A stretch of DNA of 64,000 nucleotides from Setoptus koraiensis (taxonomy: Eukaryota; Animalia; Arthropoda), in assembly GCA_048013815.1 (NCBI GenBank), contig CM106585.1, positions 4,092,001-4,156,000 of the forward strand, in the 5' to 3' direction. The position numbers and the translations under genes are program-made. Shown here piece after piece: positions 30,123 to 43,370 of the stretch. The notes beneath the pieces are model-generated. The model did not search any database, had not been told where the DNA came from, and was given only the letters and a program-made list of their open reading frames with translations. Every line of letters starts with the position of its first letter. The first letter of the stretch is position 1.

Positions 30123-32954
30123 TAGAAAGCTAGCTCCGCGCGCTCAACCCACCCCTTGCACAATTTTCTTGCTTTGTGCGTACGCTCCCAAGCTCGCTCG
30201 ATTGGGGCGTCTGGGCACACGCAGAGGCGCACACAATTCGCAACGGTAGTGTGTGTGTGTGTGTGTGTGTTTGTGTGCTTGTGTTTGTGAGCGGGGCGAC
30301 GCGCTTGAAAAGTTCAAGAATGCACAAGCACGCACACTACAATGGCTCGATGCTCGTTATATTCCACTCGGCTCTGCTCGCTGCCATCGCAAGACAGGGA
30401 CCCCCTCCCCCCTTTCTGCTTGTAGTAGAGAATCGTGTTTATGCCTTGCATGCCATTAGACGCGCGCCAGCCTATGGCGAGCGACGTGTAACTTGTGTGT
30501 GCTGCAGAGCTTACATAATATTTTACATAATTTACACACGCGCCATCTATACCTAACACAGTCTATGCACTATACAGACTATAGAGTCTACAGTATGGAT
30601 TCTATTCGCTGGCTGCGCTCATCAACAGGCTTGTGCCCTGTGAATAGATGTGCAGCAACAATGTTGGCAGCAGCGCAAATCAGAGTACCGGGCTCTGGCG
30701 CGTGTTTTTGGGGCACGCTCAAGTGATCGCGCACACAAACACTCATTTATGCGCACGCACGCACGCACAAGCACGCGCGAGCCTCATAGGGGGGGAGGGG
30801 GGCTAGGCGCCGATGCACAGGGATTATTAATTGTGCAGTGTAAAAAGTTGAAATAAAAAGTTTCGCGAGGGGCCCCCAAATGGATATTGGACTGAAAGCT
30901 TTGCGCTCTCAGTCATCAATACACTGGGGCCAGACAGATATTTGGGGGTGCAGAGTTGTGTGTGAGCTCAACTCACACACAACAAGCGACGACGTACACG
31001 AGTGGCGACAGGTATCAATTAGCCCCCGATCGGTCGTTGACTGCTTGGGGCCCAATGCACAGGCACCGTTCAACTGTGGGCCGTGCATTGGGCGACTTTT
31101 GGCCCGACACACATTAATCTGATCCGCATCCAAGGCCATGGCGCCATCCATGTTGACACAGCAGCAGCAACAACAGCAGCGGTAATGACAAAAGCAACAA
31201 CAACCACACCGGCTAAGCCCACAAATGTCCGCTGTCCGCAACGACCGCCAGCTCATGACGCAAGCCCCGAGCTCTGGCAAGTCTATTAGATTATTATTAT
31301 TGTTATTATGGCTTGGGCAACGGCAACAATGCGCGCCGACGCCGATGCTAAGTAGCAGCAATTGCTGCGGATTGGGCCCCGCGCGCGCCTCCACAAAACT
31401 GAATTCATTTAGCTTTGATTGCGAGCCCAACGGAGGCCATGCGAGCCCCGTTTGTAGCTGGCCCCTGATGATACATTCGAATGAATGGTGCGTGCCAGCC
31501 AGTGGGCGCTTATGGCGCCAAAATCTCGCTAAAACCTCTAGCGACTGGCCTCTGTCGAAAGTACAATCCGAGCGCGCAAACGAGCTTGCCATGTAGAGTG
31601 TTGTTGTTGTCGTCATTGTTGTTGGCGTCGTTGTTGTTGGCGTCGTTGTTGTTGGCGTCGTTGTTGTTGGCGTTGTTGTTGTTGTTGCCGTTGTCGCTGC
31701 TGCTGATGCTGATGGTGAGCTGGCGTGCGCTATTCCGGCAATAGTGTCACACCATTATTTTCCATGCATGCCTATACTCGGCATCCATCCATTGCAGCCC
31801 GCCTATCCGGCCCGCGCCACGCAACACCAATCGTGTGCGTGCAATATCTTGTTGGTTGCCCAAGGGCGCCGCCAGCACAATCAATATCATCGGCAACGTC
31901 GCCTCTCTCTCTCTCTCTCACCCTGGAATCGGAAAAGCGCTCCAACGGCCCGCGAACAAGCCCGCCCGGCGAGCTCGCTGTCGCGCCAACTTTCAACTTC
32001 CTCTCGAGCACGTCGGCCAGCATGTCGTCGAGTCGTCAATGTTAAATTGGCGCCGCCACTGGCCAATTTGAGCTTCTGGCGTAACACTGAATCGGATGCA
32101 GCCGATAATACGGCTTGCCCTTGTCTTGCCTATCAGAGAGTCGCCTCACTGCTGGCGTGTTGCTGGGGCCCAGTGAGGCCCCTGTAACTCTGGTGCTGCC
32201 CGTTTGTGGCCGCTGTCGCTGGCACACTGTGACTGCTGGCCAGGCCGCCATAATGGGGTGCTTGTGGCTTTTTTAGGCCCGATATTGTATTACATAAATA
32301 CAAGTTGGCCGATGATAGTTTGCACAGGTCTGCTTAGGGTCTGTTCAGGGGCGCTGGGCGCAACTTGATAAACTGATTTGTGTTGTCTGTATCCAACTGT
32401 AATAAACATTGTTGTGCAGTTAACCCCTGAGAGGCTGCCGCTCCGGCGAGACTGGCAATCGCTCGCTCGCTCGCGCTGGCGCGATACTGATAGTTCAGCA
32501 ACGGCTCATAACGAGTGGCTGCCCAATTGATTACGAAACGACGAGCATAAATAAGAGCTCACGAGGAGACAATCATGAGCTCATCGATACCATCTGCGCC
32601 CGCTTTTATCATCATGTGTTGCCGGCATGTGGCCCGAGCGAGTCGCCCATTTACATGCGCCCGTGACTCGCAGGCTGTGAGCGCGGGCCCAACGCGCACA
32701 GTCGGGCCCGTCGGAGCAGTCGGGCCAGTCGGAGCAGTCGGGCCCGTCGGAACGGTCGGAACAGTGGGGACAGCGGGGACATGCCAGCCGGAGACGGCAA
32801 CAACGACAATGGAAACAGCGCACTCGGTTGCAAAAGCTCAATACTTTGATGGACGACTAATTTATGGAAACGAGCGAGCGGAATGTTAATATCGGTCGCT
32901 CGCCCAGTCGCACACACCCACACGCACAGTTGTGGCACAGCCTTGTTGCAGCCA

Positions 32955-33033
32955 TCTTGCCGTAGCTATCTCGCCATAGATGTCTCGCCATAGTTGTCTT
33001 GCCGTAGCTATCTCGCCACAGATGTCTTGCCGT
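32955..33033 (+). repeat. Degenerate tandem duplication of tcttgccgtagctatctcgcca(t/c)agatg
   Basis: Two near-full copies plus partial copies. Confidence 0.8.
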
Positions 33034-34475
33034 GCGGGCGAGATAGCGCTGGCTGGCGCCGGGGCGCCAGTATTTCTGGCTGCAACTATATGGCAGTAAA
33101 ATGAAATATGCGAAACAAGAGAATGGCACAGTATAGCAGCCATTTTGCACGACGGCGACCACCACGACGAGCCTATCCAGCCGAGCACACATATTGGGAC
33201 AAGCCAGTCGGCGAACGGTTGGCGCGGCCTGGATTGTGCACTGGAAACAGTTTCGCCAAAACGGTCCCGCCGGCCGCGGTCTCGCCAAAAGAAACAAAAG
33301 CAATTTTGTTGCCAGCTCCAGTGTCCCGGCGGGCTCTCGGATGGCCCGGGTGGCTCGTATGGCGCGCCAGCGCCAATGGACAGCAACTCCGCCAGCCAAT
33401 AGGGTGAAAGGGCCGAGATGGTGCTGGCAACAAAATTGGCAGTCTATACATAAAGTTGTAGAGTGTTGTTGTGTGTAAAGTAAATAAATGTTGCCTTTGT
33501 GTGTCGCTCGTCTCATTTTAGTGGGGCGCTAATTTGTATTCTGTTTATGTGAGTGCTATTTTAACATGAATGGCTAGCCAGTTGGCCTGCCAAATGCCTC
33601 GCCAAATGGCTTGCGAGTCGCGAGTTGCCAGTCGCGAGTTGCCAGACTTTGTCAGACTTGAGTCGACTTGCGACGCGCCAGCAGTGCACGGGAGAGGGGA
33701 TTTTCGATGGATCGGATAGATTGGAAATGGCGTTCAGTTCGAACGGTGCAATGCCCAATGCAGCCAGCCAGCCCGGGACACGTAAGACGCAATAAGACCT
33801 AATAGCATTCGTTTGTTGGCGCTGCTGTGGAGCTAGTTTTTGAGTTGGTGGCACGCTCGCCAGCGTTATACTCGCTTGCTTTAGTGCTGTAACGCTGGCG
33901 CGTTGCAAGTTGCAACGCGCCTGGCCCGCCAAGGCCACCAGAGCACGCTTACGTAACAGTGTTGTTAGCAAGGACATGAAATGAGACGAGACGAGCGAAC
34001 GAGCGAACAAGCGACAAGTCAAAGGGCAAAAACATGGAGGGCAGACAGCCGTGGCAATCAAACGCTAAAAGGCAATTGAATTGACTCTGTGTGAAGCTGG
34101 CCCAAAAACAAAACACGACGCGCAACATCCAACGCGTTGCCCCCATCGGAAGTTGGCGTGCCGCTCTCACTAGCCGGCGGGCTGGCTGACTGCTGTCGGG
34201 CCGGCTGGCTGGCTGGCTGACTGACTGGCAGGCTGACAAGATTGTCTGGCTGGCGCTCAGGTAGCGAATTTTGGGGCGCTGCGGGCCCCAGCATTCGGCA
34301 GGCGCTCTGTTCGCGCCCCACAGAGACAAGTCGGCGCTGCCATGGGGGCGTCTGTGGGCCTCGCGCGCGTTTGGCTGTTGGCCCCATTGGTGTGTGCCCT
34401 TTTGGCACTTACTTTGATGTGTGTTCGAATGTTTGCAAATCAGCAACAAACGCTCGCTCGGCGCGAGCCAGCCAC

Positions 34476-34546
34476 ACAACAGCCGGCCCCACGACGGCGG
34501 GCCCCACAACAGCGGGCCCCACAACAGCGGGCCCCACAACGGCGGG
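34476..34546 (+). repeat. 15-bp minisatellite (gggccccacaacagc), about 4 units
   Basis: Directly visible. Confidence 0.85.
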
Positions 34547-37262
34547 CTTGTCACAACAGAGCCAGCTAAATCAATCGGCTGCTGGCGCTGCCACCGTCAA
34601 CCAGCAAATGCACACAAACAAACACACGCACGCACACACACACACACACACACAGGTAGACAGGGCCGGCGGTGTTTTGGGGTGGGGGGGGGCCTGCCAG
34701 CAATCAATTGGTTTGATTCGCATCTAGCCAGTCGGTTGTGCAGCTTCGCTTTTTGCGGCAGGCCCCGGCGAAGGGGCGACCGAAGCAGCGACCAAAGAAG
34801 CCCCCGTGGCCCCCTGTCTTAACAAACTGAACTCGCTAACGCACTCATCTGTGCGTGCAATGTTGGACATTGAATGAATTAAGTAGCTAGGTAGCTAGGC
34901 GCACGAACACACGCACGACACACAAGCCTACAAGAGAAGAAACGCGTGCACAATACGAGACAGGCCCGCTCGCGACTGCTTCGAAAGAGCGGGCCATAGG
35001 TGCGCCCGAGAAAGCAAAAGAATGGGGGCCACAAGAGCAATACAGAGCGCGATACACGTCGCTGCTGCTGCCATCCACATGATGGCAAAAATCATGGCGC
35101 ACTGACACACGCTGGCCCTGGCCAGACACTCGTTGAAGCGTGACGACTTTGGTTGTGCTAGGGCCCGAGTTGGGGCCGGGGGCCGGCGGCGAGCTCGAGC
35201 CGGGCCCAGCCAACTCCAGTAGACGCATCTTATCTCGTGTGGGCCGTGTCGCCGCGTTGATGCAAGCCAGCGGGCACGCTTGTGCGTCGCTTGATAATGA
35301 TTTACTTCTGATCATTTCTCCGCTCGCGTCCGTGGCTCTCGATAGCCCTCGCTGGCCGATACGCGCTCGTCTGTGCACATACATGATCTGACAAATATAT
35401 ATATATATTTGTGACACCGAGTGCGAGGGCGGACCTCCAGTCTGTAGGCTACAGAGTGTGCAGTGCGGACTGCCGATTCTGTAGCGGAGCCGCGGGCCAA
35501 CCGTCAGACAGCCAGGCCCGCTCCGGATTGTCGGGCCCGCCAGGGCGGCCCAAGACAAATTGAAATTGAGCCCATCTATTTCGCTCGTACTTCACTTGGC
35601 CGGCTCGCAATGTAATGTTAAATGTCAACTGGGGCGCCGTTCACCGGTGCGCCCGTTGGCACGGGCACTTAGGTGCAACCAATCACCAATTGCGACAGCG
35701 GTACCACGCTCGTGCTCATCGCCGGCCACCGCCATGTCGCTATATATCTCGCCGTGCATGTCGCCAGCGTCGCTGTGTCGCTGTGTCGCTTTGCCGTGTC
35801 TCGCCATGTCGCGCTATATGTCGCCGGGTCGCCAATTCGATTCAATTTGGCCCGTGCTCATTCGATACGTTCGGGGCGCGCTCGTCGCGGCTCGCCGAAG
35901 CCCGCCGGCCCGTCGCTACTATTCGATTCGGCCCGTCGCTGCCGTTCGATTCGGCCCGTCGCTCCGAGGCGCGTTCGATCCGGTTCGATCGAACGCAACG
36001 CGACCCAATCCAATCAAAGGAGTATACACAAGCCGTCCTGTCCTGTGCCGTGCTGTCTTGTCGTGCCGCTGTCGTGTTGTCGCCGTTGTCGCTGTTGTTT
36101 GTCGTGCGACATCCAATTTATAAGCTGGCCGCTCGCGAGTCACTCATCAATCGTTGTCGTTACTCGGCACGACGACGACGACGACGACGTAACGACATGC
36201 CAGCTCTGTTTTCAAACAACGCCACACACACACACAAGAGTCGTTGTCCCTGGTGTGTGACGCAGCGCGAGCAAATATACCGTGGCACAGCTTGATTAGA
36301 TTGCTGCCAAGACAGCCAGCCAGCCATGGCAAACGGCAGCGAGCTACTTGTGCGCCAGCGAGCCGGCGCTGACTGACGCACAATGCATTGGCGGGCTCCA
36401 ATGGGGTGTGCGCGCCACAGGGACAGCGAGCGAGCGCAAATATCCCAGTAGAGGGCCCATCAATAAGTTGCCAGAAGTTGCTTGATTTGGTGACACTTGA
36501 TCCAAACTTTTATCTCCTTTGTTGTCTATCTGGGCCCTTGACGGCGCGGCGCTGGCGGCGCTCGCGTCGCTCGTGTGTCTCGCTGACGCGCCTGTCTGCC
36601 GCATGCCCGCTGTTGCATTTCGCTGGGCTGGCGCCCCAGTCTTGCCCGACTTGCACAGACCGGGCTGCATCGCTGCACAGGCCCCGCCGGGCGCAATATT
36701 CAACGAGTTAATCTGAATATCAATCGCGGACGCTGCCCGTGTGCGCGCAACGCTCCGGCGACAATCACCAGCGGGCCGGCCCCCGCCCGACGCGCCTGTC
36801 TCTGGCGTCGTCTGGCGTCGCCCACGATCGTCAAGCCGCGTCTGGCAGCGCCCCACAAAGTCTCTCGCAGCGCGCCCCGCAGCAGCGTCCCGGCGGCATC
36901 TCGACAGCGAGCCATTGTTCGGCTAATGCGGCCCGGTGGCGCGCCTCGGCTCGCCTGGCGCGCTCTCGTTGCCGGCGGTCGGTTTACTGCCGTCGGGCCG
37001 CTAGTAAACTCGCCAGCCGACTAACTTTGTTAGTGCGTGCGCTCGCCACGCGTGCACTCACAAATGGCTTTGTCATTAAAGTTGTGCTCGAGCGATTGCG
37101 AACGCACGGCCGCCCCGCCAGCCCGATAAAGCGGCCAGCCAGACGGAGGGGCCAGCGAGACGCGGAGGCGGCCAGCGAGACGCGGAGCCAGCCAGCGAGA
37201 CAAAGATGTTGGCGGCGACCAACGAGCTGGACGGCGGCCCGCAGAACGCTGCAACGAGACGA

Positions 37263-37330
37263 GCAGCCCAAAGAAGCGGCCCAAAGAAGCGGCACAAAGA
37301 AGCGGCCCGAAGAAGCGGCCCGAAGAAGCG
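37263..37330 (+). repeat. 13-bp minisatellite (aagaagcggccc[a/g]), about 5 units
   Basis: Directly visible. Confidence 0.85.
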
Positions 37331-39111
37331 ACAGCGGACAGTAAAGAACACTGGCCATAAAGTCATTACCATTATCTTGGCTGGCAATCAGAACGCCACA
37401 CCAGCCAGCCAGTCAGCCAGTCCGGCCAACACGCACTCTTGATGGTCTCGACCGTCTCGGCAATCTTGACGCGCCGGTCTTGACGGTGGCCAGCCAGCAA
37501 CAAACGAGCGCCCCCCATAACTGCTGGCCGGCAAGACTCGCCGAGCAAGTGGCGCAGCAGTTAAATACGGCACTTGCATGCACGAGTCACGCTTTGTGTG
37601 TGTGTGTGTGTGTGTGCTGTGCGCTGTGCTGCGCTGTGCGCGCAAGTGGCGAGCTTATGCTCGAACGACCCTATGTCGCCCACTTCTTTTGCTTATCTCT
37701 TGGCCTATTTTTGTCTATTTTCGCCCCACTACTTAGCGGGCTCCTCACAGCGGCAAAAAGTCGGCCATTTTCTCGGCAGCTGCACTGGCTCGCTGGCACC
37801 CAGTGCAGCTGCCAGAGTTCAGCGTGTGTGTGTCAGTCTCATCGCATGATTGGCACAATGGCCCAAAGATGTGACGGCTCAATGAGGGTTGCGCATCGTT
37901 GAGCGGGGCTTGTTTATTTTTCAGCCAGCTCACTTTAAGCCGAGGCCGCCCAACAACAGCAACAACAACAACACCAACAGCAACAACAACACCAACAATA
38001 GCACCAACAACAACAACGACAGGACTGGCCAGCTTGTGACGCGCAGCCTGAGACCGGGGCGCCCATTTAGATAAGACCTTGTTATCTGTTGTTCATTCAC
38101 ACTTGCCCGAAAACAGCCGGCCAGTTAGCGGGGCCGCTCGTTAGCCGCTGGCCAGGCCCGATTCAGCTCAGCCCGACACCGCTACTGCTGCGAGAAAAAA
38201 TCTCAAATCCCCATCTTGACTCTCGGCGCGCACATCACATTTGCAGTGTCAAATGGGTCTGCAAATGGGAGGCCCGCACTGCCAGGGCCTCTTATGATTG
38301 CTGCTGTCCGTCTGGTCGCGGCATTGGCAGCATCGGCAGCAGGGGCAACGTCGGCAGCAGGGGCAGCGTCGGCAGCAGAGGCATTGGCTGGAATAGCGCC
38401 CATCGGTGCAGTTGCGCAACAACAGCGCCGACTAGCAGCAACGACAATTACCCTTATCACCGTGACTGGGCGACCGGGCTTGTGTCTTGTGTGATTAAAT
38501 CAACACTCACTACAATTGAGTGGGCCCGCCGCCACCGGCTACATCGAGCTGTGGCCACTGGCTTGTTGGCTGGCTCGCCGGCTAGCTGGCTGGTCGGCTG
38601 GCTGGCGAGCAAATTCTACAAATTGCGCCCCACGTCTTGCTTGGCTCGCTTTTGGCAATTGGCCAGCTTATGGGCCGACAATTGGCGGGCCCGGCTGAGA
38701 TAAGCACTTGAGTGCGCTGCTCTTTTCGTGTGTCCACTCTAACTCGCTCGGCCATCGCGATAAAAATCTGCGCCTCTACACGCCTCCGCAAGCGTCTGCA
38801 AGCCTCCGCGAGCCTCTGCAGGGCCCAACAACAACAGTGGCACCAACAACAACAGTGGCACCAACAGTGGCACCGACAACGGGGGCAACGGCGGCAGCCA
38901 CAGCGACGGGCGCGCCAGTTGCATCGATTTGCAACAAATAGCGCACGCGGGTCTTGGCGAGACAATTGCCTCGGTGAACAGTTAATTGACACATGAGTGA
39001 CAAATGCTTGCAGCGCAACCTTGCTCGACTGACACAACAGCCGTGCACCAGCGACAGCAATTGCTTCCGTTGTTGCTCCTCTGCCAGGCAGGCTGTGGGG
39101 CCCGAGCACGA

Positions 39112-39158
39112 CAGCAGCAGCAGCAACAACAACAACAACGACAACAACGACAGCAACG

Positions 39159-39245
<87 letters not shown>

Positions 39246-39250
39246 ACAAC
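39112..39250 (+). repeat. (CAA)n microsatellite, about 45 units
   Basis: Directly visible; it generates the polyV/polyC/polyL/polyN/polyQ pseudo-ORFs. Confidence 0.95.
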
Positions 39251-41745
39251 GGCACCACCGATAACGACGACGACGGCAACGCCGCCAACAACAGCAGCCA
39301 TCGGGCCCCCTAACAAGCGCACACAGCACAGGTGTATGGCATTGTTGTGCGCTGGGCAGCGTTGGGCGCACAGCCTCGCACATTGAGCGCACAGGGCCCA
39401 CAAAGCGTGCAGGGCCCACAGAGCGCACAGGGCCCCTAACGAGCATGTGGCATGTAGAGCGCATTGAGCGCACAGCGCACAGTGAGGCGCGCGTCCCGCG
39501 CGATGAATGTGAGCAAAGAGTGACGCAACCAGGTAGTAACTTGATAAATAATGGCCACCGCTGGCCACACCGCTGGCCAGGTAACAGCTGAACGGTGTGT
39601 TAGCGGCAGATTAGCGCCACTGGCCAGTCTAGACAGTCAGCTGTTGTGCTGGCCGTCGAGTTTGGCTGGCCATCTATTTATATATAGATATATTGCAGCT
39701 ATGCGCCAGTTACGGTTAGCTTATTGGCCGCTGGTTGACAGCCACACTCACACATTGCTGGACACATTATAACATATTCTGTTGGTTGTGTGACGGTCGT
39801 CATTATCTCGTCATTGATGGCAAGCTGATGGCGCAATGATGAACAGCAACAACAAGCAGTTAGCTGCTCGCTGGGCATATTCTGACCAATGTCAACACGA
39901 GACACACACTGTCCACATTTGCGCACAGCGCGCACTGTTGGCCGTGCACACAAATGGGGCCCCATAACTTATAACTTGTAACCCTGTTATAACTCGGCCG
40001 CTCATAATCAATGGTCCGTGTAGCTGGTGGCTCAGGGCCGATGGCTGTTGGCACTTGTGGGCTGGCCGCCGGCTCTGCTGGCGCGCTCAAGCCCGAGTCG
40101 TTGCGACCGGCCGGCCCACGGCGCCGACAAACCACCGCTAAACAAGTGCGGACACATTGCGCTCGCCACAACGGTCACGGCGTCCTCGGCGGCCCCAGCG
40201 TCCTCAGCGGCCCCAATGGCCGCCACGGCCGTGCACCGGTCACAATGGCGTCTACAACCGAGCATCGGGGGCGTAGCAGTGCGGGCCGCACATAGCGCGC
40301 TCATAACTTACAAGTTATGGCGTGCGTATAGCGCGCGCGCGCACATGGCGCACGCGGCGCGTAATACGCGCTCACGGAGCGTGCATAACGGTCAATGCAA
40401 CTGCAACTTGATTTGAGGCCAACAACAACAACAACCGACCGATAATGCACAGCACTGCCAATGACAATGGCCACTGTCTGTGCCACACAACGCACAACAA
40501 CTGCCGCGGGACGGGCACAAGTGCAACTGTCGCGGGCACCGTCTGCGTGCGTGTCGCTGCAACAACAACAACGCGCCAAGACAGCCAAACAACACAAAGA
40601 AAACAAAACAGCGACACAACAATCTGGACACTGCCTGTGCCTGTGCGTGCGTGTGGGTGTGCGTCTCGGCGGGCCCCACGATTCGACGCGTCACACGTGC
40701 AGGCTTGCACACTTACCGAGCTGGCGAGTTGCGATACGCACCGCGATACACGATTTGCGTGTGCGCCGTGCGAGCACGCGCGACACAGCGAAGTGTGTGC
40801 GCGCGCCTCTGGCGCGCTAACAATTGCACAAGTCGCGCGCGTATATCGGTCGGCCCAACTGCAACTTGGTTTGCGGGCACCAACAACCGCTGCACCGTTG
40901 ACCGGGCAAAGCTAATCACGGCACGCTTGCCGCAAGGCGCCCGCCCGCCCGCCCGCCCGCCCGGCCAGCCAGCCAGTGCGTTGGCCGGTGCCGATGGGGC
41001 GCCCGAACGGTCGGAGCGGTCCAGCGGCCGTTCGGGCCGGCAGGGTCGGGCCGGCAATGGCGAGTAGCGTCGACGGTGCAACTTTGATTCGAACGCATTA
41101 GCCTGATTTGAACAAAGCAGCACACGCGTATGCGGGCGCCCGATGACGGCCGCCTGTCAGACGGCCACTGTCCGAGGGCCGCTGTCCGACGGGCGCGCTG
41201 GCAGCATTGATTTCGTGCAGCCGTCTGCTATGTTGCACAGCGGCAACATTGGGCCGGCATCATCATTATTTAGCGCCCCACTCTCGAATAGCTGCCCGAC
41301 GTCCGACTCGCCCGACGGCTGGCTGGCTCGACGGCCCAAAGGGCTGCTAATGAACGGGCCGGCGGTGCAAATGAGCGACGGCCGCGCGAGTGGCCAGGCT
41401 GCCGGCGAGCAGTAGCCGCCTCAACAATACTAATCCGCTCCGCTCGGCCCGCGCGACTGATCTAGTTATCGGTGCCCTCGGCCGCCAGCGGGGCCCCTAT
41501 GGCCGCCATTATTACTTGAGAGCGTCAATCAGACTGGTGCGTCTGAAGTGAGCTCGCCAGCTCGCTGTCGCGCCACAGCGCCAACAACGGCGACAGCGGC
41601 AACAACGGCAACGCCAACAGCGCTGGCAAGCTCGCTGATGGCCAGTGGGGCGCTCCTTGCAGCGTTGCCCGAGCTGAGGGCTGGTGGCGCGCCGCTGGCC
41701 AGCGGTCACTCGCAACTCGCTACTTAGCGCGCGCCCGCTCGCCAG

Positions 41746-41826
41746 ACCCACCAGACCAGTGCGACCAGCCAGCCAGCCAGCCAGACTGACCAGACCAGTG
41801 CGACCAGCCAGACTGACCAGACCAGA
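41746..41826 (+). repeat. (CCAG)-based compound tandem repeat
   Basis: gaccagaccagtgcgaccagccag... repeated. Confidence 0.8.
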
Positions 41827-43254
41827 GCGGCCAGGGCAGCAAGACGCCCACGCACAGTGGCCAAAGATGGCAAACTGGGGCCAGCGGCGAACGTGCACAG
41901 TGGAGTGGATCAATTAGTCAGCACTACAAACAAGTATGGCGGCAACAGCAACAACAATTAATATGCTCCTCATATGTATATATTCACATCTAGATGTAGA
42001 TTCGCCCATGATAATCTGCAAATCTCCGGCAGCTAATGGTGCAACTTGTTATTTGGGCGCTCTTTAAGGCTCCATTTGGCCAACTTGCCAGCCAATATAT
42101 TCGCCAATATATTCGGGGGGCCCTTGTTAGTTAGCGTACATATCGGGCCGCATATTAGGCGCATATCGTGCACTGGGCGCATATCGTATATTGGGTCGCG
42201 TATTGGACCGTATATGGGGCCGTATATGGGCCGGCCGGTCGTATCGCATGTTCGCGGGCCTGGTATAATGCGTGTAATGGGCTTTATATTGGCCAATATA
42301 TTCGCGGGTCGTATATTGGTGTCGGGCAGCGGGGCAAAGTTGTTAGTGCGCTGCAACACACAGCATAGGTGGCAGCGCTGGGCTGTTGCGCTGTTGGGGC
42401 CCGGCCGAGCGAGCGCTGGCAACATTGAAATGCGCCGCCACGCCAACAACTTTGCCCAATTGCTACCTTGGCAATCATCAATGGCTGGTCCGGCAGCCCG
42501 GCCGGCCAGCTAACTACCATCGGCTAAAACTAACCCGTCGCCGCCATCATCATAAGTATAATAACTATTAGTATTCATGGCGAGCGCGTGAAGCCAGCAC
42601 GCGCAGTCTAGACAGAGCCAGTTTAGACAACGTGACGCGCTCTAGATATAATAATAATTTGTTTGGTGTCTTGGCCGGCGCGCGCGCGCTGCCGTTGCCT
42701 CCAATGTGCAGTTGCTCATAAATCGACGGCGACGACGACGACGACGACGACGTCAGGAGTACTGTTTCTCGCCATTGTTTGCCTCTCTCTCTCGGTCTCT
42801 GTCTCTCTTTGCGTCACTCTGATTGTCGAGTGTTCCCTCCTTGGCAAGTCTCTCTTGGCAAGCTCACAATGGCAAGCTCAGAGTGGCAAGCCAGCAGTAG
42901 TGGCATAGTAGGCTACTACTATGGCCACTCAGCTAGTTAGCTGGTTAGCTAGTTAGCTGGCTGAGTAGCTCGTGTCGTTCAATTGGTACAGCAAGTCGGC
43001 GGCCTATTCAGGCAACGGCTCGGCGGCTTGGGCCCGCTAATAATCGGTGCCCTTATTATGGCTTATCGCGCAACTACTACTGCGGCGCCCTGTTAAGCCG
43101 CCGAATACTTAGACTTGGCCCGCGGGCCCGCGCCTCGCCAAGCCATGTCTAAAATTGGGCACGACTCAGCCATCATCATCTCGATTGCTTCACATCCACG
43201 GCCGCGGCCGCGGCCAATGTAACCTAGTGGCGCAGGACAACGACGACCATGATG

Positions 43255-43370
43255 GTAATAATAATAGTAATAGTAATAATAATAATGGTGATAATAATAA
43301 TAGTAATAATAATAATAGTAATAACAATAATAATAATAATAACAATAACAATACCAATAAGTAATAACAA
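43255..43370 (+). repeat. (AAT)n microsatellite, imperfect
   Basis: Directly visible. Confidence 0.9.

Noticed and set aside
39509-39530. miR-87-like GTGAGCAAAG
   Set aside because: Only 10 nt match and there is no pairing 5' arm.
40302-40335. loxP-like ATAACTT...AAGTTAT with nearby CGTATAGC
   Set aside because: It has only the outer 7-mers with a 2-nt spacer; the 13-bp arms and 8-bp core are absent.
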